Of a DNA stretch of 64,000 bases, positions 37,950 to 48,210 are shown one piece after another. The DNA is taken from assembly GCA_043810775.1 (NCBI GenBank), contig JBDRNU010000015.1, forward strand, positions 1 to 64,000, written 5' to 3'. The DNA is from an archaeon. GTDB lineage: Archaea > Nanobdellota > Nanobdellia > Pacearchaeales > GW2011-AR1. The notes beneath the pieces were generated by a model. It worked only from the letters and a program-made list of their open reading frames with translations. It was not told where the DNA came from and made no database searches. Each line of letters opens with the position of its first letter. Within the stretch, counting starts at the first letter, position 1. A program made the position numbers and the translations under genes.

Positions 37950-39507
37950 TGAAAAAAAAGAGATTAAAGAAGAGGAGATAATCAATAAAAGAACCCAAAA
38001 GATTAAAGATAAATTTCCTTGGCTTAAAGATCCATACAATTTAGCTTTTGTTATATTATTAGTATTATTTTTTATTATTAGAATTTACTATTTTTCTATG
38101 ACTTATAATCAACCCTTATGGTGGGATGAAGCAGATTATATGGATATGGCAAGAACTTGGTTAGGTAAAGTCCCATGGGATTATAGCCCTGTAAGACCTA
38201 TTTTATTTCCAAGCCTAATCTCTTTGTTTATGCTAATTGGACTTGGAGAATTTTCTATTAAGTTTTTTATTCTTCTGTCTTCAATAGTCTCAATTTTATT
38301 ATTGTATAAATTAGGAGACCTTTTTTTCAACAAAAGAGTAGCTATTATTTCAGCATCAATTCTCGCATTTTTTTGGAGTTTTAATTTTTATTCTTATAGG
38401 GTTTTAGTTGATGTTCCAATCGCCATGTTATGGTTAGCCACAATTTATTTTTTCTTTGACGCTTATTTTAATAATCGTAACTGGAAGCAATTTGCAATAG
38501 CTGGAATTTTCCTAGGACTTGCATTTTTGCTTAAATACTCCTCATTTACACTTGTAGTTATGTTAGGATTTTACTTAATCACAACAGAAAAATTTAGAGT
38601 ACTTACAAATAAAAAAATAATAACTTTTTTTCTAGTCTCTCTTATAACTATATTACCTTTGTTTATCTTCCAATATGTAGTGTTTGGACATCCCTTGCAA
38701 TTTCTTGCAACTGTTCAGGAAACTGGCTCACAACTTAGGTCAACCTTTCAGTCACTGATAGATCAATCAAAGTTTATGTTTGAACTTATTTTTCCAGCTT
38801 TATTTGCATTTTTCATTTTTGGATTGATAACAACTTTATTTTATATCTTCTTATCTTGGGATATAACTCTCAAAAAGAAAACACTAACTAATAATTATTA
38901 TTTTATACTTATATGGCTTTTATTTTCAATTGGCTTTTTTGCAAAAATTAATTATGGGGCTTACATGGATGAAAGATATTATTTTGTATTTTATCCAGCG
39001 ATATTTCTGATTTGTGGGGTTGGTTTTGATAAAGCTTATCTAGTAATTAAAAAATACAATAAAATATTAGCAATAATAATTATATCAGTTGTATTATTAT
39101 TTGCATTTTATCAGCACTCTATTCAAGCTAATAATACTATTAAGCTGAAAAAAGATTCATTTTTGCAGCTTAAATTGGCTGGCGAGTACATAAAAGAAAA
39201 TACTAAACCTGGAGAAAAGGTTTTTGTTTTAGAAGAGCAAGCTGAAATAGTTTATTACTCTGAAAGACCTTATATTCATATTGGGCACTCTGATGGAGAA
39301 GCAATTATGAAACTTATAAAAGAGCACAATCCTCCTTATGTAGTTATGTCTTTGTATTATTCACTAGGTCAAAATCAGACCCCTGTAAGTTATATACTGT
39401 CAAATCAAGATATATTCCAACCAGTCCAAGCTTATGGACCTTATATAGATGAGAAACAAACTCTACCTATAGCAACAATATTCAGAGTAAATTCAAGCTA
39501 CTACTAA
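37939..39507 (+). CDS. GT-C glycosyltransferase (PMT_2/ArnT-like), lipid-phosphate-sugar dependent
   Basis: WWDEADY after TM1, RPILFP, ~12 TMs, GLAFLLKY, ERY. Confidence 0.82.
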   Translation: MEFDEKKEIKEEEIINKRTQKIKDKFPWLKDPYNLAFVILLVLFFIIRIYYFSMTYNQPLWWDEADYMDMARTWLGKVPWDYSPVRPILFPSLISLFMLIGLGEFSIKFFILLSSIVSILLLYKLGDLFFNKRVAIISASILAFFWSFNFYSYRVLVDVPIAMLWLATIYFFFDAYFNNRNWKQFAIAGIFLGLAFLLKYSSFTLVVMLGFYLITTEKFRVLTNKKIITFFLVSLITILPLFIFQYVVFGHPLQFLATVQETGSQLRSTFQSLIDQSKFMFELIFPALFAFFIFGLITTLFYIFLSWDITLKKKTLTNNYYFILIWLLFSIGFFAKINYGAYMDERYYFVFYPAIFLICGVGFDKAYLVIKKYNKILAIIIISVVLLFAFYQHSIQANNTIKLKKDSFLQLKLAGEYIKENTKPGEKVFVLEEQAEIVYYSERPYIHIGHSDGEAIMKLIKEHNPPYVVMSLYYSLGQNQTPVSYILSNQDIFQPVQAYGPYIDEKQTLPIATIFRVNSSYY

Positions 39508-40596
39508 CTCAGCATCCTTTTTAATTTTGAGAGCATAGTCATAATTTATCATAAATTTTTTCTGTAATTTTAGGTTTCTTTTTATATTTAATTTACTAGC
39601 AAATGCTTTTATATCACCTAATTTAACATACTCTGGAAAGTCTTTAAACAATTCATAGTAGTGTTCTAATTCATAACATATGACTTTACATCCAGCATAT
39701 AATGCATCTGCTATGACTATCCCAAATCCTTCTTCATAACTTGGAAATAAAAAAAATTCAGATTCTTTTAATTTTTTATAAATATCATTTTCATTTTCTA
39801 TATATCCTAATACAAAAACATTTTTTTGCATACCTTTCTTTTTTATTTCATAAATAAGTCTTTCTTTTTCAGGGCCCCCCCCTATTATATTTAATTTAAA
39901 TTTTTTATTTTTTCCATTTATTTCTTCCATTATTTTTAAAAGGTCAAATATACCTTTTTGTTTAACTATTCTTCCAACAAATACTGCAGTATTTTTCTTT
40001 CTTTTTACATTTAATTTATCTATTTTTTTTGCATTAATTCCAATTCCTGCAATTTCTACTCTAACTCCTTTAATTTTTTCCATTATTTTCTCTCTTTCTA
40101 TACTATTACAAGTTAAAATTAAGTTAGCTTTTTTTCTAATAATATTAAAACAGATTCTCTCTTGAATTTTTGCAAGCAAATTAAGAAATTTTTCATTAAA
40201 ATTACTTGACTTTCTAATTGGAAGAACATGTAAAACATAACTCACAATTTTTACATTTTGTTTTATAGATTTCAGAGGAAGTATATCACAAAAAAAAGGA
40301 TTAGCTGATATTACTATATCAAATCTTTCTTTTTTCAATATTTTTGAAGTTTTTTTAGCTCTATTAAAATAAGTTTTGACTAAATCACTTTTTTTATCTA
40401 TACTATACTTATCTTTAATTTTAATTAATTTTAAGTTTTTATTGCTAAAATTAATTAACTTTTCACCAACTTTAGGTAAAATAATACTCACTTCATTATT
40501 TTTAGACAGCTCTTTAACAAGATTAATAATATGAACATCCCCTCCACTTATCTGTTTCGAAGTCATGCCATTCCAAATAATAATAATTTTTTTCAT
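39493..40596 (-). CDS. GT4 glycosyltransferase
   Basis: SGGD, FVGRIVKQKG, FPSYEEGFGIVIADA. Confidence 0.88.
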   Translation of the reverse strand: MKKIIIIWNGMTSKQISGGDVHIINLVKELSKNNEVSIILPKVGEKLINFSNKNLKLIKIKDKYSIDKKSDLVKTYFNRAKKTSKILKKERFDIVISANPFFCDILPLKSIKQNVKIVSYVLHVLPIRKSSNFNEKFLNLLAKIQERICFNIIRKKANLILTCNSIEREKIMEKIKGVRVEIAGIGINAKKIDKLNVKRKKNTAVFVGRIVKQKGIFDLLKIMEEINGKNKKFKLNIIGGGPEKERLIYEIKKKGMQKNVFVLGYIENENDIYKKLKESEFFLFPSYEEGFGIVIADALYAGCKVICYELEHYYELFKDFPEYVKLGDIKAFASKLNIKRNLKLQKKFMINYDYALKIKKDAELVVA

Positions 40597-41387
40597 CTTT
40601 TGTATCTTCTATACATAAATGTTTTTTTTAGAATATTATAAATCCAAACAGGTGATTTAAAGATTAATATTATTAGTTTCATAAATTTATTTTTTGGAGG
40701 ATTTTTTTCAAGTCCTTGTCTATATAAAATACTTAATAAGTAATCTAAATTATAATTATGATTATGTATTACTTTTATAGGAATAAAAGCTAGTTTAAAT
40801 TTTTTAGCAACCCTTTTTTTAAATTCTGAATCTTCTCCCGCAGGCGCTTTAAATTTTTCATTAAAAAATCCTATTTTGCTAAAAACCTCTTTCCTATAAG
40901 ACATGTTGTTTGTAAAACCTACTGGTACTTCTTCCTTCCCAATAATCATTTTATTAGATTTTATTTTGAGGATTTTATCTTTTAATAATTCAATTTTAGA
41001 TATAACATTTTTTTCAGCAGGTTCCAATAATCCTCCTATCCCTCCAACATCTTTATTTTTACCAAAAAATTCCACATATTTTTTGATCCAATTATCTGGT
41101 ACAATACAATCATCATCTGTAAAGAATATATATTTACCCTTTGCAAGTTTTATACCAACATTTCTAGAGCTTGCCGGACCCAAGTTTTTTTCATTTTTTA
41201 TATAATTAATATTTTTATACTTTTTTTTCAAAGTTTTAACTATAATCTCAGTGTTATCTTCACTATTATCATTTATAATAATTATCTCAAAATCTTTTTT
41301 TGGAAAATTAGAATTTTGAATACTTTCTACAGCTTGTGCAAGTTTTACTCCCCTATTATAAGTTGGTAAAATAATAGATGCTTTCAT
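40593..41387 (-). CDS. GT2 glycosyltransferase
   Basis: SIILPTYNR, GPASSRNVG, FTDDDC, GED. Confidence 0.9.
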   Translation of the reverse strand: MKASIILPTYNRGVKLAQAVESIQNSNFPKKDFEIIIINDNSEDNTEIIVKTLKKKYKNINYIKNEKNLGPASSRNVGIKLAKGKYIFFTDDDCIVPDNWIKKYVEFFGKNKDVGGIGGLLEPAEKNVISKIELLKDKILKIKSNKMIIGKEEVPVGFTNNMSYRKEVFSKIGFFNEKFKAPAGEDSEFKKRVAKKFKLAFIPIKVIHNHNYNLDYLLSILYRQGLEKNPPKNKFMKLIILIFKSPVWIYNILKKTFMYRRYKR

Positions 41388-42415
41388 CTTAAAATTTTTT
41401 TAATTTCATCATAAACTTCATTTACACTAATACTCCTGACGCATTTAATTTTTTCATCTAATTTACACTTAATTGATTTACCATATCTATAACATGGTTG
41501 GCATTCGAGATGCTTGCTTATTATCACTGCTTTTTTATTTAAAGGCATCACATTTTTATTTAGTCCAGGTCCAGATATAACTATTTGTTTAATATTATTA
41601 ATTGCCGCTAAATGCATAAAGACTGTATCTGCGCTTAAGAATATTCTACATTTTTTTATTAAAGCTACACTGTCTTTCATATCATTTGATTCAACAATTA
41701 TCACTCTTTTACTTTTAAAATGCTCCTTAATTTGTTGATTTTCATCTTCCTTTCCAAAGAGAAGAATGATATCTCCTTTATTGATCAAAACTTTCTCTAA
41801 AATATCTTTATAATTATTTATAGGCCATCTTTTCAAGGCCATATTTTTTGTAGTTCCCGATCCAACATGTATTCCTATTAATCTCTTATTATTTAACTTA
41901 TTATTTTTTATAAATTCATTTGCAAATTTTATATTTCTTTTACTTAATTCAATTTCAGGCTTTATTTTTTTTAATTTATAATTACTTTCAAGCAATTCAA
42001 GAGCTTTCAAATTTTGGTTTACAATATGATCTTCATAGTTAAAATTTACCCTATCTTTAAAAAATAATTTATCATAATTATAATAAACAAATCCTATCTT
42101 CCTTTTAGCTTTGATAATAGAAGCAGCTAAGTCATAATGAATCTTAGCTTGGATACAAGTATTTATTGAAACATCATAATTTTCTTTTTTAAGTTTTAAG
42201 CAAAAAGCCAAGCTTTTCATAAAACCTTCTTTTAACATGTTAATTTGATGTATTTTATTAACTTCTTTTACCCCCTCTAGAATACTTTTTGCACCAGGCC
42301 ACATAACTAAAAAATCGATATTTGAATCAGGCTTTATTTTTTTTATTTCTTTTACAAGAGGAATGCTCATAAGGACATCTCCTATCCCGGATAAGTTTAT
42401 AATTAAAATTTTCAT
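41384..42415 (-). CDS. GT9 heptosyltransferase family protein
   Basis: ILIINLSGIGDVL, KRWP, SADTVFMHLAA, LECQPCY...C...C. Confidence 0.88.
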   Translation of the reverse strand: MKILIINLSGIGDVLMSIPLVKEIKKIKPDSNIDFLVMWPGAKSILEGVKEVNKIHQINMLKEGFMKSLAFCLKLKKENYDVSINTCIQAKIHYDLAASIIKAKRKIGFVYYNYDKLFFKDRVNFNYEDHIVNQNLKALELLESNYKLKKIKPEIELSKRNIKFANEFIKNNKLNNKRLIGIHVGSGTTKNMALKRWPINNYKDILEKVLINKGDIILLFGKEDENQQIKEHFKSKRVIIVESNDMKDSVALIKKCRIFLSADTVFMHLAAINNIKQIVISGPGLNKNVMPLNKKAVIISKHLECQPCYRYGKSIKCKLDEKIKCVRSISVNEVYDEIKKILR

Positions 42416-43179
42416 TTTGTAACCTTGTAAAATACAGATACCAATGGTCTAAGTATTTTTGTAAATTTAACAAAAGGACTGTATATAAATCTCAATCTAA
42501 TAATAGCAAGAAACATTCTTACACTAGTTTGTATACCATTTATTGAACCCCCACCTATATCATACCACTCTGTGGGATATTCTTTTATCTTAAAACCTTT
42601 TTTATAAGCAGCATATAGTAAGTTAACATCAAATGCCCATTGACTAATTTTTATTTCAGGCAAAATAGCTTTGATAACCTCTCTTTTAAATAATTTAGCT
42701 CCGCACTGTGTATCTTTAAAAGGCATTAAAAACAATGATCTTACAACAAAGATAAAACCCCAACTCATAATGTCTCTCTTTAATGTCCTATTATGTATTA
42801 TACTTTTTTTAATCCATCTGCTAGCAATAATTCCATCATTATCCTTTAAATTTTCAACCAAATCAAAATAGGCTTTTACAGGGGTAGCATTATCTGCGTC
42901 TACAAATCCTATTAAGTTATTATCTCTTTTTAAAGCATCTTTAAAACCTTCTATTACAGCAAATCCTTTCCCCCCCTTTTTAAGGTTCAAATACATAACT
43001 TCTTTACTCTTTTTAGAGAATTCCTTTACAATTTTTTCAGTATTATCAGTTGTATTATTTATTATCACTAAAATCTCAAAATTAATTTTTTGATTTTTCA
43101 AAAATTTAGTATAATCCTCCAGAGTTTTGCCAATTCTTTTTTCTTCATTGTATGCTGGAATGATAATACTTATTTTCAT
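42412..43179 (-). CDS. dolichyl-phosphate hexosyltransferase (ALG5/AglJ-like GT2)
   Basis: SIIIPAYNEEKRI, GKGFAV, FVDAD, IASR, DTQCGAKLF, WAFDV. Confidence 0.85.
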   Translation of the reverse strand: MKISIIIPAYNEEKRIGKTLEDYTKFLKNQKINFEILVIINNTTDNTEKIVKEFSKKSKEVMYLNLKKGGKGFAVIEGFKDALKRDNNLIGFVDADNATPVKAYFDLVENLKDNDGIIASRWIKKSIIHNRTLKRDIMSWGFIFVVRSLFLMPFKDTQCGAKLFKREVIKAILPEIKISQWAFDVNLLYAAYKKGFKIKEYPTEWYDIGGGSINGIQTSVRMFLAIIRLRFIYSPFVKFTKILRPLVSVFYKVTK

Positions 43180-44417
43180 CTTTTATTTGGACTTTTATTA
43201 ATTATTATTAAACTTCCTAAAAACATAAAAAAATTAGAAATTAAAAAAGCTATTGCGAACTGTAAGAGTGTTTTATTAAATATAAAAAAAAGAATTAATG
43301 TTAAGATAACAAATAAAAATAGGAAAATAGAATCTAACTTTATTTTATGTGTCGCTAGTCCGTATATTAAAATTAGATTAGTTAGTGATAAAAATGTAAA
43401 AGCTAAACCTATGTAAACCAAAATATTCTTAGCACTAATATATTCTTTTCCAAACATAAGAGTTATAATTAATTCAGGAAATGCCGCGAATAATACTAAA
43501 GCTATAGTACAAATAGGAATTATAATCAAAAGTGATCTTTTAAGTATAATTCCTGCATCTCCTCCCCTTTCAAATCTTTCGCTACTTAAAGGGAACATAG
43601 CTTTACTTATCGCAATTGTTCCAAACAATATCATTTTTCCAAGCAAAGATATAACTGCATAAACTCCTGCTTCCTCAGCTGAAAAAAAACTTTTTGCAAG
43701 CATTACATCAATACTATACATTAGAATTATTACTAAAACTACAATAAATACGGGTAAACTGTAAGAATAAATACCCTCAACCTTACCTTGTGTTTGTTTA
43801 CTTGAAAGCACATCTCTCATAAAGGGAAATGAAATTAAAAAAGCTATAAATACTGAAGTTACAACAGCTCCAACAGCTCCATAAACTCCAAACCCTATTA
43901 AAACAAATGTAATACCTAATATAAGTTTAGATAATGACTCAACAATCATATTAGTTCCCAGAAATTTAAATTTTTTTCTTCCCTGCAAAACCCCTCTTGA
44001 TACTGGCACTAAAAAATATCCAAAAATTAAGACCCCTGTCATTTCAACTATCCAATAATCAATTTTTAAAAAATCCGCAATAAAAAAAGAAAGAAATGAG
44101 TATAGGATGAAAAGTATTAAGGATGCAAAAAATCCTTTTTGAAGTGCCTTAAGCAAAAGATTTTTGATTCTTCCCAAATCTTTTTCAGCATTGAATTTTG
44201 AAGTATATTTAGTTATAACAGTTTGTATAGCTTCAGAAGGTATTGTAAAAATATAAGCTAAGGACATCATAGCTGCAAGAATCCCATATCCTTCAGGTCC
44301 TAACATCCTAGCCATTCCAAAATGGAAGAAGTAATTAATTAGATTAAAAGAGTTCATCATTATCAATAGAATAAAACTTCCTTTTGCAAGTTCATTTGAC
44401 ATAATTCTCTTAATCAT
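43176..44417 (-). CDS. oligosaccharide flippase (Wzx/MOP family)
   Basis: MARMLGPEGYG, RGVLQG, EEAGVYA, ~12 TMs. Confidence 0.87.
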   Translation of the reverse strand: MIKRIMSNELAKGSFILLIMMNSFNLINYFFHFGMARMLGPEGYGILAAMMSLAYIFTIPSEAIQTVITKYTSKFNAEKDLGRIKNLLLKALQKGFFASLILFILYSFLSFFIADFLKIDYWIVEMTGVLIFGYFLVPVSRGVLQGRKKFKFLGTNMIVESLSKLILGITFVLIGFGVYGAVGAVVTSVFIAFLISFPFMRDVLSSKQTQGKVEGIYSYSLPVFIVVLVIILMYSIDVMLAKSFFSAEEAGVYAVISLLGKMILFGTIAISKAMFPLSSERFERGGDAGIILKRSLLIIIPICTIALVLFAAFPELIITLMFGKEYISAKNILVYIGLAFTFLSLTNLILIYGLATHKIKLDSIFLFLFVILTLILFFIFNKTLLQFAIAFLISNFFMFLGSLIIINKSPNKR

Positions 44418-45433
44418 ATTATAAATATACTTTTTCTAAATATATAAAGTCCTAGAACTATGATTAATATCTGGAATACAAAAATTAATCTAACAACATC
44501 TTTTTCAAAAACCTTTTTATTTTTCTTTAATCTTTTAAGTAAAATTATGGCAAAGTGTTCTAGTCCGTAAATTTTATTATAAGGTTTTTCCAAACTTCCA
44601 TCTTCATTAACTTTACCAAAGGAATACTTTTTTAATTTTCCCCTAACTTTCAGGCCAGTCTCTAAAATATAAGGTATGAAGAAAAAAATACTCACTCTTT
44701 CTATATTTCCAAGTATGGCTATTATTGCAATTAATCCTCCAACAGAGTAAGTTAATGAATCCCCTGGGAATATTTTTGATGGATACTTATTAAAAAATAT
44801 GAAAGCAACTAAACAAGCTACCATCGTTAAGCAGATAACAGTCAACCATGAGTTATTAGTATAGTATGTTACAATAGATAATGCTAATAGTATTAGAATT
44901 CCTTGACCAGCCTCAAGACCATTATATCCTGCTAAAAAATTAAAAGTTGTAGCAGCACCAGTTATTCCAATTGGAATTATAACAAATGCATAAAGTATAC
45001 CTAATTGGATTTCTCCCAAAAAAGGGAAGAATACCATAGAATATCCAGCATTTATTACTACTAAAGGAATAGCTGCGAATAGACAAATAAATATTCTAAA
45101 ATTCCTACTTAAACCACCATGTTGCCACCCTAAAAAGTCGTCAATTATTCCAATCCCAGTCAATGTAAGCACAGAAGTAGTTAGTGCTAGTATTTCAATT
45201 ATATTTTCTGTGCTATTATTATAAAAGGTTTGTATAGCTATATAAAACAAAGTACCTAATAAGAATCCTGTAATAACCCCTATTCCTCCGCTCCCAGCAA
45301 GTTTTCTCTTATCAAGTTTATGCATATCTTCCCACAATAGGCCAATTTTAGCAGATTTTTTAATCCAGGGGGGAATAACCAAGAAAGTTATAAAAAAACC
45401 TATAATTATTGGGATTATTGATAAAGCATTCAT
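44414..45433 (-). CDS. UDP-GlcNAc:dolichyl-phosphate GlcNAc-1-phosphotransferase (AglH/Alg7, MraY family)
   Basis: DMHK, GIIDD, NFLAGYNGLEAG, FNKYPSKIFPGDS; next to aglB. Confidence 0.87.
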   Translation of the reverse strand: MNALSIIPIIIGFFITFLVIPPWIKKSAKIGLLWEDMHKLDKRKLAGSGGIGVITGFLLGTLFYIAIQTFYNNSTENIIEILALTTSVLTLTGIGIIDDFLGWQHGGLSRNFRIFICLFAAIPLVVINAGYSMVFFPFLGEIQLGILYAFVIIPIGITGAATTFNFLAGYNGLEAGQGILILLALSIVTYYTNNSWLTVICLTMVACLVAFIFFNKYPSKIFPGDSLTYSVGGLIAIIAILGNIERVSIFFFIPYILETGLKVRGKLKKYSFGKVNEDGSLEKPYNKIYGLEHFAIILLKRLKKNKKVFEKDVVRLIFVFQILIIVLGLYIFRKSIFII

Positions 45434-45462
45434 TTTCTTCCAATGGTTTATGTGTTTTTAAA

Positions 45463-48198
45463 TTATTGCTTATGCAATCTTACATCATCAGGATAAGCAG
45501 TATCGAGGTAATCTGGATTAATTTTAATCCCTTCTGGATACTCTATTTCCCAAATCTTAATTGGTCCCAATACACTTCCTTGATATAGAACAAACGATCC
45601 AAGATTCAAACCTTGAGATCTTAAACTCTCAATTATTAAATTATTTTCTTCATGAACTAACTTAAAACCTTTACTATTATCATTCATCAAATAAAGTCTA
45701 GCCATCAATCCATTAACAGTTCTTGGGCTTAAATAAATTGCACCACCTAGTTCATTAACTTTTAAACCTCCTCCACTTTCACTATCTAATCTTTGGAAAA
45801 TAACTATCCCTGCTTCAAATCCTTGTTCATAATCATATAAAATATTATTAATATAAAGATATCTTAAGGGAATTCTTTGTTGCTGTCCTTTATAAATTAA
45901 AATAGCCTCTGGTTGAAGGACTATATTATTCTCAGTTTTTAGTTCAATACCTCCAATACCAGCTATTCCCGCAGGTAATAATATTTGTCCATTATTAGTT
46001 TCCCATAATACATCTTCATCAAGCCCTATGTTACCACTGTACAAATATCTTGTTCCATTTCTAGTTTCTTCATAATCAATCAAGGTAACTACAGGAATAT
46101 AACTAGATCTATCATAATCAGGGTCTGAGCCAATCATAGAATATGCAGGGTATTTACCTATATCTGTCGAGTCAATTAAAAAGTGAGTCGTATTATGGCT
46201 GTATAAAAATTCCAAAGCATCTTCTTCTGAAGGACTAGTCAATACATGCCTCCCTATTAAATGATTCCAGTAAGATATTGAATTACCTCCATCCAACACC
46301 GTGGCCCTATCCCCTATACTTTGAATCCAATATCCGTAATCCCACCAGTGAGCAAATACAGCATCTTCAGGTGTATTTAATCTCACCCACTCCATTGCTT
46401 TTTGCCATTGTTGGGTGTAAATAGAAGGTACCATGCTCATGGCTTGATCTTCTGTAGATTTGTAATTAAAATAAAAACCATATACTACTGATAAGACAAC
46501 TAAAACAGCAATTACTATAAGTGTCATTCTCATTGTTTCATCTTTTTGACTTTTTATTTTTTCAATTATTGAAACAGTAAAAAAGCCCACAATCCCTGCC
46601 GCTGGAGGTGCCAAAACCATAATTAGCCTAACTGCACTCCTAGCTCCAATTAGACTTGTAAAAAAGAAAGCAAGTAAAAACAAGTAACTAAAATTTATTT
46701 TTTTAAACTCATCAAGAGCATCTTCTTTATAATATTTATAATATAAATAAGCACCAGCTGCCATCAATAAAATAAAACTACCATAGTATACTAGTTTACT
46801 AATATTATTCGCTCCATTCATTAAACTATTTTGATCATATCTGCTGAATATCAATCCAAATAAAAATATAATATACAAGATAACTAATAGATACTTCCCA
46901 TCTTTTCTTAGTTTTTTTACTGATTCATAAAAAAGTAAAATACTTCCAACAAAAAAAAGCCAAAAAAACAAGGGAAAACCTTTTACAATTGGTCCAAATG
47001 ATCCGGCCCACTCTCCAAAATAAGGCTGCCTATTTTCTGCAACAGTAAAAGAAAGTCTGTCTGAATAAGGATTTGATAAATGAGATATTACATCTCCAAA
47101 AAAGTTAGGGATAAATGATATACCTAAAAAGACTATAGAAAACATAAAAGCCAAAATAGCTGAAAAAATAATTGAAACAAGCTTCTTAGGATACTTCTTA
47201 CTTAACCCTTTTATAAATTTAATATCTTTTAGTTTAGTATTAAAAATCAAGAAATCTACAAGTAAAAATGCAAATACTATAAAGCTCAATCCTGAAGAAG
47301 TGGAGTAAATAAGCCCTTTAAGAGTATATCTTTCATAAAGTATCATTACTGTTGCTACTGATAATATTAACCAAATAGAATAAATATAAAACTCTTTTTT
47401 TCCAGTTTTTTCAAGAAAAAAAGCCACAAACATAAATAAAGATATAACTACAAAAATATAAATCCAACCACCCCATATTAGTCCCATTATCCCTGTGGAC
47501 AATCCTGCCAAACCTGCTAGTGTTAAACTACTTTTTAGCTTGTTAGATTTCCAAGCAGATATAAAAAAGTAAAAAGCCACAAACATAAATAAAAATCCAG
47601 CCGATTCTTTTTCAGGAATTCCAGCTACAGTTCTTGATAGTAGTGATGGTGACACAATTAAAAATGCAGTAGAAATTAAAGATATTAAATCACAGTACTT
47701 ATTATCTTCAAAAACTTTTCTTATAAAAAGAAAAAAAGCAATAACTGTCAACAGAAACATAAACACTGGAAAAATCACTGCAGAATAATTTACTGTAACG
47801 GGTGAGAAGAAATTCAATACTTTATGGAAGTAGGCAATCATATAAGGTAAAAGTTGAGTTTCTCCAGCCGTAGGATAGCCTAAAGGGACATATCTCATCA
47901 TATCTAATTCCATTAACCCTCCATTAGTAACAATATATTTCGCATATCTTAAGAACAAGAATGGGTCTAAATCTGGTCCCAAAGTATAATCCCCTGTAGT
48001 TATATCTTTAAGATTTTCAACATTTACAGTTCTAATATGCCATGCCAAAAAAAGAAGTATGATTAAACCAACTATAGCTAATATTGATTTTTTGTTCTTA
48101 ATAAATTGCATAAATTTTTTCTTTCTTTCCTCAATTATCTTATCTTCCTCACTTTTATGTTCCACAGTTTCCTCTTTATAATTTTTTTCTTCTTCCAT
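45463..48198 (-). CDS. aglB: oligosaccharyltransferase AglB (STT3)
   Basis: DLDPFLFLR, RTVAGIPEKE, TVAEN, HWWDYGYW, DGGN, DIGK motifs; ~13 TMs. Confidence 0.95.
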   Translation of the reverse strand: MEEEKNYKEETVEHKSEEDKIIEERKKKFMQFIKNKKSILAIVGLIILLFLAWHIRTVNVENLKDITTGDYTLGPDLDPFLFLRYAKYIVTNGGLMELDMMRYVPLGYPTAGETQLLPYMIAYFHKVLNFFSPVTVNYSAVIFPVFMFLLTVIAFFLFIRKVFEDNKYCDLISLISTAFLIVSPSLLSRTVAGIPEKESAGFLFMFVAFYFFISAWKSNKLKSSLTLAGLAGLSTGIMGLIWGGWIYIFVVISLFMFVAFFLEKTGKKEFYIYSIWLILSVATVMILYERYTLKGLIYSTSSGLSFIVFAFLLVDFLIFNTKLKDIKFIKGLSKKYPKKLVSIIFSAILAFMFSIVFLGISFIPNFFGDVISHLSNPYSDRLSFTVAENRQPYFGEWAGSFGPIVKGFPLFFWLFFVGSILLFYESVKKLRKDGKYLLVILYIIFLFGLIFSRYDQNSLMNGANNISKLVYYGSFILLMAAGAYLYYKYYKEDALDEFKKINFSYLFLLAFFFTSLIGARSAVRLIMVLAPPAAGIVGFFTVSIIEKIKSQKDETMRMTLIVIAVLVVLSVVYGFYFNYKSTEDQAMSMVPSIYTQQWQKAMEWVRLNTPEDAVFAHWWDYGYWIQSIGDRATVLDGGNSISYWNHLIGRHVLTSPSEEDALEFLYSHNTTHFLIDSTDIGKYPAYSMIGSDPDYDRSSYIPVVTLIDYEETRNGTRYLYSGNIGLDEDVLWETNNGQILLPAGIAGIGGIELKTENNIVLQPEAILIYKGQQQRIPLRYLYINNILYDYEQGFEAGIVIFQRLDSESGGGLKVNELGGAIYLSPRTVNGLMARLYLMNDNSKGFKLVHEENNLIIESLRSQGLNLGSFVLYQGSVLGPIKIWEIEYPEGIKINPDYLDTAYPDDVRLHKQ

Positions 48199-48210
48199 TT
48201 TAGAAAAATA

